Positions 26,067-34,039 of a stretch of DNA of 64,000 nucleotides are shown here, one piece after another. Position 1 is the first letter of the stretch, and each line of letters opens with the position of its first letter. The notes beneath the pieces are model-generated. The model was given only the letters and a program-made list of their open reading frames with translations, was not told where the DNA came from and made no database searches. A program made the position numbers and the translations under genes. Source of the stretch: Candidatus Nomurabacteria bacterium (GTDB taxonomy: Bacteria; Patescibacteriota; Minisyncoccia; Phycocordibacterales; UBA9973); the NCBI GenBank assembly GCA_023898605.1, contig CP060230.1, positions 67,944-131,943 on the forward strand, in the 5' to 3' direction.

Positions 26067-26474
26067 GCTCAAATAAAATTACTACAGTACAAATTGTATC
26101 AATAAAAAATAAAATATGCTCTACTTCACCCCGCCTATTTCAGGCGGGGCAAGCTGAGCTAATCGCTCGCTCAAATAAAATTACTACAGTACAAATTGTA
26201 TCAATAAAAAATAAAATATGCTCTACTTCACCCCGCCTATTTCAGGCGGGGCAAGCTGAGCTAATCGCTCGCTCAAATAAAATTACTACAGTACAAATTG
26301 TATCAATAAAAAATAAAATATGCTCTACTTCACCCCGCCTATTTCAGGCGGGGCAAGCTGAGCTAATCGCTCGCTCAAATAAAATTACTACAGTACAAAT
26401 TGTATCAATAAAAAATAAAATATGCTCTACTTCACCCCGCCTATTTCAGGCGGGGCAAGCTGAGCTAATCGCCC
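26051..26474 (-). repeat. four perfect 102-bp tandem units plus the ghost tRNA-Val 5' end
   Basis: Units start at 26051, 26153, 26255 and 26357, with a partial unit at 26459. On the minus strand each unit contains an AT-rich promoter-like region, GAGCGATTAGCTCAG, a 29-nt hairpin and GTAGAGC. The array ends in GGGCGATTAGCTCAG (26474-26460), which matches the ghost 3' acceptor. Confidence 0.85.
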
Positions 26475-26574
26475 TAGTGGGTTATAGAATATAACAATTG
26501 AGATCAAAAGTCGAATGGTTGCCTTGCCTTGGTTTGTGTTATAGTATCATCCTAAATAAATTTAAGTTTTTTAT

Positions 26575-27243
26575 ATGAGAAGAAGAGATATCAAAGCACC
26601 CGAAGGAAACAGAGTCCTTGTTTTTGCTTCTGGCTCCAAGGATGGAGGCGGTAGTGGTTTCGAGGCTATGGTTACTAGTCCCTACGGACTCAATGTTGTT
26701 GCCGTGGTTTCAAATCATGAAAACGGTGGAGTGAGACAAAGAGCTGATAGGTTGGGAGTACCTTTTATTTTTTTCGACGGACCTTTTACAGAAGAAGGTT
26801 ACAATTCGATTTTAGAAAAAGTTGGAGAAGTTGATCTCATCTTTTTGTCTGGTTGGCTCAAGCTTGCAAAAGGTCTTGATCCGACAAAGACTCTGAACAT
26901 ACACCCTGGTCCACTTCCTCGTTTTGGAGGAAGGGGAATGTATGGGCACCATGTTCACGAGGCTGTGATGGAGGCATACAGGAAGTTCGAGATTGCAACT
27001 TCCGAAGTCAACATTCACTTTGTTACCGACGAGTATGATCGAGGTCCGGTTGTATTCAAAAAGCAGGTATCTATCTATCCGTTTTATACGGTTGATATGC
27101 TTGCAACTGAGGTCAACAAGGTGGAACATCAATTCCAGTCAGAAGTTGCGGCAGCATTTCTGATGGGAAAGATCAGCTGGAGTGGAAAAATGGAGGACTC
27201 TCCAACAACATTTCCAAATTATCTAGGAGTCGCCCCTATGTAG
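26575..27243 (+). CDS. PurN-like formyltransferase (stand-alone N-terminal formyl-transferase domain)
   Basis: Shows LNIHPGPLPRFGG (the NIHPSLLP motif), HFVTDEYDRGPVV (catalytic Asp region) and the N-terminal VLVFASGSKDGGGSG. Confidence 0.75.
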   Translation: MRRRDIKAPEGNRVLVFASGSKDGGGSGFEAMVTSPYGLNVVAVVSNHENGGVRQRADRLGVPFIFFDGPFTEEGYNSILEKVGEVDLIFLSGWLKLAKGLDPTKTLNIHPGPLPRFGGRGMYGHHVHEAVMEAYRKFEIATSEVNIHFVTDEYDRGPVVFKKQVSIYPFYTVDMLATEVNKVEHQFQSEVAAAFLMGKISWSGKMEDSPTTFPNYLGVAPM

Positions 27244-27314
27244 GGCGACTTTTTTATTTTTGACAAAAAAGGCAATATGGGTGTATATTCAGAAATGAAT
27301 CAAACCCTCGCACC

Positions 27315-27857
27315 ATGCAAAACCCAAACTTGATTATTCGGTACATTTTTCCATTGATTAATTCAAATGGAATTGACTCTAGTATTGGATTTTTGACCGA
27401 CACAGAGATACAGGGTTGTAATATACACTTTGTATCCAATTTCTTCTGGAATGAATTTTATCCCACTAAGTATAGTGGAATGGAGATTCTAGAAGAGTGC
27501 ATCAATCAGTCACTCATGGAAAATCCACGAGAAATTTTTTTGTTTCTTGTTCAGATGAAGCAGGCAGACAAACTGATTTCGCGTGAGAAAATACCCATGC
27601 CATGCATTCACCCCAAAGACATGATTCTCGGAAACACTGTTCTGGAAATTCAAAACATTTCAGAACTAAAAAAGATGAGAGGTGGAGTACCTGCTTCGAT
27701 TTCGGATATACCTTATATCGAGGTTGGCTCAAAGAGGAGAGATCATGTCATCTATCCGTTTACCTTTGAGTTCGACATTGATCCAAAAGAAGTCGGAAGG
27801 CCATTTTTTGGAATCGACAGCGTCGAATTTCCAAACCACAAAAAACAGATATCTTAA
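27315..27857 (+). CDS. hypothetical protein, paralog 1 of a tandem pair
   Basis: Shares blocks with 27944..28504: FWNEF..KYSGMEILE vs YFWKQ..KYFGMEKLE, and IPMPCIHP vs IPMPMIPP. It has its own promoter and terminator. Confidence 0.5.
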   Translation: MQNPNLIIRYIFPLINSNGIDSSIGFLTDTEIQGCNIHFVSNFFWNEFYPTKYSGMEILEECINQSLMENPREIFLFLVQMKQADKLISREKIPMPCIHPKDMILGNTVLEIQNISELKKMRGGVPASISDIPYIEVGSKRRDHVIYPFTFEFDIDPKEVGRPFFGIDSVEFPNHKKQIS

Positions 27858-27864
27858 ATCACAA

Positions 27865-27888
27865 GCACCCCACGTCGGGGTGCTTTTC
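27865..27888 (+). terminator. terminator hairpin gcaccccacgtcggggtgc plus T-run, fused to the next -35 TTGACA
   Basis: Read directly from the sequence. A near-identical module lies at 28511-28534. Confidence 0.7.
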
Positions 27889-27943
27889 TTTGACAAGAAA
27901 TATTATATGGGTGTATATTCAGAAATGAATAAAACCCTCAGTT

Positions 27944-28504
27944 ATGAAAGAAACATATCTCATTTTGAGACAACTGTACTTTACCAGTATAGGAGAACCT
28001 TATATCTTCGTAAGCGAAGATGAACTTTTCCACGGAAGGAATTTTAACACCAGGGTTGAAGAAATTTATATTGTTTCTGAATACTTTTGGAAACAAAACC
28101 CTCATAAGTACTTTGGAATGGAAAAATTAGAATCTTTAATTTCTGAACGCGTTGAAGATCATAGGTCTGCACGTATTATTTTTTTCTTTATGGAGAAAAA
28201 TTATCTTGATAAAATTATCAAGAGATCTTGTATTCCTATGCCAATGATTCCTCCCGGGTGTATTGCCTACGGTATTGATATTCGCCCCATGCTTTTTTAT
28301 TCTATAGAAATCGATAAAAATCTTCGCATCGGACATATCGGAGACAAAGAAGCACCCATTGTGTGGACAGATGAGGAAAAACCAAGACCTTTGGTTGGAT
28401 CAGTATTTTTCAATTATGATTCCATGTTAAAATATCCGGACGGCATAATACCTTTGTATATAGCTGGTCCAGGCTTCAATGACGCTCGCTTTAAGGTTAT
28501 CTGA
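27944..28504 (+). CDS. hypothetical protein, paralog 2 of a tandem pair
   Basis: See the evidence for paralog 1. Its 5' region is nearly identical over 35 nt to that of paralog 1. Confidence 0.5.
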   Translation: MKETYLILRQLYFTSIGEPYIFVSEDELFHGRNFNTRVEEIYIVSEYFWKQNPHKYFGMEKLESLISERVEDHRSARIIFFFMEKNYLDKIIKRSCIPMPMIPPGCIAYGIDIRPMLFYSIEIDKNLRIGHIGDKEAPIVWTDEEKPRPLVGSVFFNYDSMLKYPDGIIPLYIAGPGFNDARFKVI

Positions 28505-28510
28505 AATAGT

Positions 28511-28534
28511 GCACCCCGCGTCGGGGTGCTTTTC
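28511..28534 (+). terminator. terminator hairpin gcaccccgcgtcggggtgc plus T-run
   Basis: Read directly from the sequence. Confidence 0.7.
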
Positions 28535-28583
28535 TTTTGACAAAATCTGATTTTTGATGTAATTTAACAAAAAATTGAAAACT

Positions 28584-29135
28584 ATGGTTAAGAAATATTT
28601 ATTTCCCAGGAACAGACTCGTTTTGACATTCAGGGGTTTAAGATTCACAATTGCTTTTGGATACGACAAAAACTGTTTTGGAGGGAAGAATAATATATTT
28701 TTTTCTTCTCTACTTTATTCTCAGGTCTATTTCTTTTTGGAGGTCCCCAATGACCTGGGCGGTATCGAAGCTTTTCATAGAATCCAGCCATCTTCTGGTA
28801 AAAAAGTGTATGCCGAAGGTGCTGGGGGACCGTTTTTCTACCCAAGTGAATTTTTTGATTTCATGGTTTCGGATATTTCTGAAGCAATTATGAATAATAA
28901 ATCACAGCAAGCAGAAGAATGGAAAAGGTTTATGAATAGCATCGTCGTTATAACCGTTGGTCCCCAGAAAAATATCGTGGGTTTCTGGTTCGAGGATGAT
29001 GTGATTCATGAGATTGGTGGAGCAGTTCTCACCAAAAGGTTCGAAGATCTCCAGCACGTGTTTGAATCTTTTCCAAGACGTATGGTTTTGGCTGCTGTAA
29101 AAAAAAGGGCGGGAAACAACAAAGGAAAAAGATAA
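28584..29135 (+). CDS. hypothetical protein
   Basis: I prefer the ATG at 28584. No family was recognised. The gene is followed by the terminator aaaaagcgccacttggcgcttttt. Confidence 0.45.
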   Translation: MVKKYLFPRNRLVLTFRGLRFTIAFGYDKNCFGGKNNIFFSSLLYSQVYFFLEVPNDLGGIEAFHRIQPSSGKKVYAEGAGGPFFYPSEFFDFMVSDISEAIMNNKSQQAEEWKRFMNSIVVITVGPQKNIVGFWFEDDVIHEIGGAVLTKRFEDLQHVFESFPRRMVLAAVKKRAGNNKGKR

Positions 29136-29565
29136 CTCAAAAAGCGCCACTTGGCGCTTTTTATTTTTGTGAAGTTTTGCCACCCTCCCGTTCGTGTGTG
29201 CGTAAAACCCCGCTCGTAAGGACGAGAGGGGGAGGTGCGAGCGGGGCTCCCTAAAAACAAAACCACTCATATTATAAGTGGTTTTGGAGCAAGGTATACT
29301 CATCTGTCGCTATCTAAGTTACCAGTTCTTATACAACTGCTCATCAAGCTCTAAAGATATTGATAACTATTGCTCAGTCTGACCTTTATTTTCCGCGTCG
29401 TTGGCGCAAAGCACTTGCGGCAACAGATTTTTCTTTTTTTCGAGGGAGGTCCTTTCTCAAAAGTTTTGATGCAAGTTTGCCAACTTTTTTACTAGTTTTT
29501 GCCATAAAATTATATAAATTAATTATTAATATCGACCAATATAGAAATATGTGGAAAACTGTACA

Positions 29566-29594
29566 TTGAAAACTTTCTATATATTTTCTATAAT
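29566..29594 (+). promoter_or_regulatory. promoter TTGAAA-17-TATAAT giving a near-leaderless lexA-MTase mRNA
   Basis: The TATAAT ends 7 nt before the ATG at 29602. The promoter is flanked and overlapped by the inverted repeat atatagaaa (29539-29547) / tttctatat (29574-29582). Confidence 0.55.
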
Positions 29595-29601
29595 ATCATA
29601 C

Positions 29602-31050
29602 ATGATTACAAAAAAGCAAAAAAATGTGCTGGATTTTATAAAAAATTTTCAGCAAAAAAATGCTATATCCCCATCATTAGAAGAAATTAAGAAAAAATTT
29701 GGTTTAGCTTCCGTTTCTACAGCTTCTTATTATGTTGAAAAACTAGAAAGCAAAGGATATTTAAAAAAAGACGACAAACAACACAGAGGAATATCGGTTT
29801 TTGAAAACGAAAGCATGGTAAAAATACCTTTACTTGGCGTAATTGCTGCTGGAGAACCAATACAATCCATAGAAAACCGTGAAGAGATTGCACTTCCAAA
29901 GAGTAGGATAGGCAACAACAATAATGTTTTTGCATTGAGGGTCTCAGGAGACAGTATGATCGACGAAAATATACAAGACGGTGATGTGGTTGTTGTAAGA
30001 GAAACTAAAAACCCCACAAACGGTGATAAGGTTGTCGCATTAATAGATCGAGAGAATGTTACTTTAAAAACTTTTTATAAGGAAAAAAAACAAATTTTAC
30101 TTAAACCAGCAAATAAAAAATATGACTCGATTGTCATAGATAAAAATAGAGAATTTGAAATTCAAGGAGTGATGATTGATATTGTAAAACAATCATTTAA
30201 CAATCCTGTAGATATTATATTTCCAGAAAAGGCGCAGAAACGAAAAACGACTATTCCTCTAAATAAAGTAGTGTGTGGAGATTGTGTTGATGTGATGAAA
30301 AATATACCAGACAACTCCGTTGACATGGTCGTTACTTCTCCACCTTATGATGATGTAAGAAACTATAATGGTTTTAGTTTTAACCTACACGACACAGGTA
30401 AAGAAATCTTTAGAATTTTAAAAGACGGTGGTGTTGTAGCTATGGTTATCCAAGATCAAACAAAAAATTTTGGTAAAAGTTTAACATCTTTTAGAACTAT
30501 CGTTGATTGGGTGGATAATATAGGTTTTAAATTATTTGAAACAGTAATTTATAGAAAACATGGTACCGAGGGGGCATGGTGGAAATATCGTTTTAGGGTA
30601 GATCATGAATATATGCCAATTTTTATTAAAGGAGAAAGACCCAGCTATTTTAATAAAGAAAATCTTAAGATACCCTCAAAGCATGGTGGAAAAGTAATGA
30701 CTGGTAGTGGAAATAGAAAGACTGATGGAACAACAACAAAAACAGTTACAAGACCTATAAATTTAAATAAATGCCGTGGAACTATTTGGGATTATTTGAA
30801 TGCAGGTGATAAGAATCCATTAAAAAGAAAACATCCAGCTGTATTCCCAGATCAAATTCCTGTGGATTTTATAGATTGTTTTTGTCCGCCTAAAGGCATA
30901 GTCCTTGATCCGTTTGTAGGTTCAGGATCAACACTAGTTGCCGCTAAAAAGCTCGGGAGAAATTATATTGGGATTGATATCTCACAAGAGTATTGTGATC
31001 TAACAGAGGAAAGATTAAAAAAGGATATACCAAACACCTTATTTAAATAG
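29602..31050 (+). CDS. LexA (wHTH plus S24 peptidase) fused to a beta-class N4/N6 DNA methyltransferase
   Basis: The N-terminal half has LexA features: cleavage site VIAAGEP, the Ser motif VSGDSM and the Lys motif VTLKTFY. The C-terminal half has MTase motif IV (TSPPY) and motif I (DPFVGSGST). The frame is continuous. Confidence 0.85.
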   Translation: MITKKQKNVLDFIKNFQQKNAISPSLEEIKKKFGLASVSTASYYVEKLESKGYLKKDDKQHRGISVFENESMVKIPLLGVIAAGEPIQSIENREEIALPKSRIGNNNNVFALRVSGDSMIDENIQDGDVVVVRETKNPTNGDKVVALIDRENVTLKTFYKEKKQILLKPANKKYDSIVIDKNREFEIQGVMIDIVKQSFNNPVDIIFPEKAQKRKTTIPLNKVVCGDCVDVMKNIPDNSVDMVVTSPPYDDVRNYNGFSFNLHDTGKEIFRILKDGGVVAMVIQDQTKNFGKSLTSFRTIVDWVDNIGFKLFETVIYRKHGTEGAWWKYRFRVDHEYMPIFIKGERPSYFNKENLKIPSKHGGKVMTGSGNRKTDGTTTKTVTRPINLNKCRGTIWDYLNAGDKNPLKRKHPAVFPDQIPVDFIDCFCPPKGIVLDPFVGSGSTLVAAKKLGRNYIGIDISQEYCDLTEERLKKDIPNTLFK

Positions 31051-31053
31051 ATT

Positions 31054-32079
31054 TTATTCCATCTTATCAGGAGTTTCTAAGGTGTATTCTATATTTATTC
31101 CACTTGTCATTGCCCAAGATAATGGGTTTTTATCAAAAAACGCCTTGAAATTAACATTTGTTAATGTTTTTCCGTCTTTTTCGAAACTGCTTTTTGTAAA
31201 TTTATACAATTTAAATCCATTCCATCTCCACGAATTTTTCTTGTATTCCCACTTAGTTAAAGAGCCAAGCAATGTTAAGAATTTTTCAATTCTCTCCACT
31301 GCACCTTGATTAATTTTATAGCTAGTTCCATCTTCCTCAGTATTGTAATGTTCGCCATCTTTAGTTGATATTTTTAATCTATCACCCCTTTCGTGAGGAA
31401 TACTTATTTTATCCCTTTCTCTAAAGAAATTATCCATCTCTCTCATCAAGTTTATAATTGTTGTATATTTTTCATTTTCAAAAATTACATTTAAAGGGCT
31501 ATTTTTTTTATCAGCATCAAGATAATTTAACCAATTTAAAACATTCTCCGGATAACTAAATAAAACATTGAAAACACCATCTGTGAAATATAGTGGCGGT
31601 ATAGAATCCTCATCCAAAGCGACACGAGTGTGTTCGTTTACTATTCCCATAAGAATATGAATTGTTGCCAGTGGATATTTAAGACGAAAGTCATGTTTTC
31701 CGTCATACTCTCTTAAATTATTTGGCTGGATACAGTTTTTAAATTTTTCATCCCAATTTGCAGGTTTATTATTTTTATTTAAAAGCAACATATGGTGACC
31801 CAAACTACGAATATCGCCTCTGGAGATTTCCATGTCTAAAAAGATACAATCTTTTGGTTTAATTCCATCCTTTAAAACCATAACCTTCCCATCATAAAAA
31901 CCTTCTATAGTCCAATCAAAATAATGAGACATGAACAGCCCACATAGCAAACCGTCACTATCCGGACTAAGAATTGCTTTATGATTTCTCTCAACGATCC
32001 AAGGATATTTTTTGATTAAATCTTTATAATCAATTTTATCATTGTGTCTATTTTCTAATAATCTCTGTATATTTGACAT
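31054..32079 (-). CDS. putative type II restriction endonuclease
   Basis: The call rests on context. The gene is convergent with the MTase (3-bp gap) and 4 nt downstream of a C-protein-like HTH gene. No family was recognised by eye. Confidence 0.45.
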   Translation of the reverse strand: MSNIQRLLENRHNDKIDYKDLIKKYPWIVERNHKAILSPDSDGLLCGLFMSHYFDWTIEGFYDGKVMVLKDGIKPKDCIFLDMEISRGDIRSLGHHMLLLNKNNKPANWDEKFKNCIQPNNLREYDGKHDFRLKYPLATIHILMGIVNEHTRVALDEDSIPPLYFTDGVFNVLFSYPENVLNWLNYLDADKKNSPLNVIFENEKYTTIINLMREMDNFFRERDKISIPHERGDRLKISTKDGEHYNTEEDGTSYKINQGAVERIEKFLTLLGSLTKWEYKKNSWRWNGFKLYKFTKSSFEKDGKTLTNVNFKAFFDKNPLSWAMTSGINIEYTLETPDKME

Positions 32080-32083
32080 AAAT

Positions 32084-32305
32084 TTATTTAACGAAAAAAT
32101 CTAGCGATTTTTTATAAAGTTTTGCAAACTCTTTGAGTTGCAAAACATCAAAGCGTCTTTGTCCAGATTCTATCTTTGAGACATAAGATTGAGTTCTGCC
32201 AAGTTTTTCAGAGACTCCAATCTGACTTAAACCAGCTTCAAGACGCGCTTTTTTCAAGCGTTCTACTATTTTCTTATGGTCGTCTTGATAAATCGCTCTT
32301 GGCAT
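32084..32305 (-). CDS. XRE-family HTH, controller (C) protein-like
   Basis: The 73-aa protein shows LSQIGVSEKLGRTQSYVSKIESGQR and sits immediately upstream of the putative REase. Confidence 0.7.
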   Translation of the reverse strand: MPRAIYQDDHKKIVERLKKARLEAGLSQIGVSEKLGRTQSYVSKIESGQRRFDVLQLKEFAKLYKKSLDFFVK

Positions 32306-32365
32306 ATATCTATATAATAGTATTCCATTGTGTATTATTCCAAATTGCCATATAATTTATATAGA

Positions 32366-32455
32366 CCCGCCCGAAGCCCCATCGCCATACCTTTTCAAAA
32401 AGAATCCCTTCGCGAAAAAGAAAAAGAATGGAGATGCGGAACGGGGCGAGGGCGG
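32366..32455. repeat. GC-rich long imperfect inverted repeat at the island edge
   Basis: cccgcccgaagccccatcgcc is roughly complementary to ggagatgcggaacggggcgagggcgg across an A-rich loop. Confidence 0.4.
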
Positions 32456-32737
32456 AGCGCCGAGGTACAAGGTGCTAGTCGGCATGATTAGTAGTTTTCG
32501 AAAAAAGTTCGCGCATTGGTTATAATTTCATCACAAAGTACACAAAAATCCCACGCAGGTGGGATTTTTGGTCTTTGTGACCCTAGTCGTGGTGCGACCA
32601 TACGATTCGTTGCTCCCACAATGCTTTTTTGGCTTTTTCTATTATATCAAGTCGACCCTTGTCGAGCGACAAAAAGTGACAAAAGTGACACAGGTTTAAA
32701 TAAAAAGGTTACAGCAATCTGTAACCTTTTTGCTACT

Positions 32738-34030
32738 TTATGGATTTAATCGCTTAACATCTCTTGGGAGATAAGTCGCCTCGCGAACATTTGGCAGGTC
32801 GAGGATTTTCATAATGAATCGTCCAGGACCAATACCTGCACCTCCATGTGGAGAGCATCCCCATCGGAAAAAGTTGAGATAATCTTTTAATTCTTCAAGA
32901 GACATACCTTTCTCTTTTGCTTGTTTCTCAAGTATCTCAATGCGGTGCTCACGTTGTGCAAGAGTCGTTACTTCAATACCTTTAAACAAAAGGTCTGCGC
33001 GCTTGCCCCGACCTTCTTCGTTGCGCATATGATAAAAGGCACTTTTTGATACATGGTATTCAGTAATGAAGACGAAGTCGTGATTGTGCTTTTCTCGTAC
33101 GTATTCACTGATAGCGCGCTCTTCTTCTGGAGAGAGATCGTGTTCTTCTCCGCTTGCCACACCACGCTCTGCAAGTATCTTTTTTGCTTCAACCATCGTA
33201 ATCTGCGGAAAAGGCATACTAGGGATTTCTAGTTGGAGCTCTGGAAACTTTTCTTTTAATCGGGTAAATCCAGAAACTATCATATTTTCCTCGGCAACAA
33301 TGATGTCCTGATGAGATTCAATGTAGGCCATTTCAAAATCCCAACCAGTAAATTCTGTAAGGTGTCGGGTTGTAAATGAAAGCTCTGCTCGAAATACAGG
33401 ACCTGTCATAAACACTCTTTCAAAACCACTTGCAATAGCCATTTGTTTATAGAACTGTGGTGACTGTGCAAGATATGCCTTGCGGTCAAAGTAGTTAACT
33501 TCAAAGACTTCAGCACCAGTTTCGCTTGGCGTTGACATGAATGAGGGTGTATAGATTTGAATAAAATTATTTTTATCCCAGTAGTCACGGAAGCCTTTTT
33601 CAAGTTCCGTCCATACCTTGAAAATCTTTAGATGATCTGGTTTACGAAGATCAATCCAGCGATAGTCGAAACGTATAGGTGCTTCAGTTTCTTCTCCACC
33701 CTTCTTTTCAATAATTGGTATCGGTAGCTGTGCATCGGCAGCTGAAAGTACTTCGATTGAAGTAGCTTCTATTTCATAACCACAAGGTGCCTGAGCTGCC
33801 TCTTTCACAAGGCCTACAACTTTAACCACTGATTCTGTAGTAAGTTCCTTGGCAATTTGAAAAGCCTCGGCCTGTTCAATGGTAACGACTGTTTGCAAGA
33901 TACCAGTTACATCCCGAACAATAAGGAATGCGATTTTACTTTGCGCACGTATAGTATGAGCAAAGCCTACGACAGTAGTCTCTTTCCCTGAATACTCAGG
34001 AATGTCTTTAATATAGGTTCTTATAATCAT
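32738..34030 (-). CDS. aspS: aspartyl-tRNA synthetase, archaeal/type-2 (possibly non-discriminating)
   Basis: A 430-aa class IIb aaRS with an N-terminal OB fold and class II motifs. The C-terminal string GGAGIGPGRFIM..REATYLPRDVKRLNP favours AspRS over AsnRS. Confidence 0.8.
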   Translation of the reverse strand: MIIRTYIKDIPEYSGKETTVVGFAHTIRAQSKIAFLIVRDVTGILQTVVTIEQAEAFQIAKELTTESVVKVVGLVKEAAQAPCGYEIEATSIEVLSAADAQLPIPIIEKKGGEETEAPIRFDYRWIDLRKPDHLKIFKVWTELEKGFRDYWDKNNFIQIYTPSFMSTPSETGAEVFEVNYFDRKAYLAQSPQFYKQMAIASGFERVFMTGPVFRAELSFTTRHLTEFTGWDFEMAYIESHQDIIVAEENMIVSGFTRLKEKFPELQLEIPSMPFPQITMVEAKKILAERGVASGEEHDLSPEEERAISEYVREKHNHDFVFITEYHVSKSAFYHMRNEEGRGKRADLLFKGIEVTTLAQREHRIEILEKQAKEKGMSLEELKDYLNFFRWGCSPHGGAGIGPGRFIMKILDLPNVREATYLPRDVKRLNP

Positions 34031-34039
34031 ATTTATTAG

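Noticed and set aside
26051-26474. The 102-bp tandem repeats as a CRISPR array
   Set aside because: The units are contiguous with no unique spacers. Each unit is derived from the tRNA-Val 5' region plus its promoter. No cas genes are seen in the window.
29360-29569. The 69-aa ORF upstream of lexA-MTase
   Set aside because: It lies in an AT-rich promoter region with no RBS, and it ends inside the mapped promoter elements. It is more likely non-coding.
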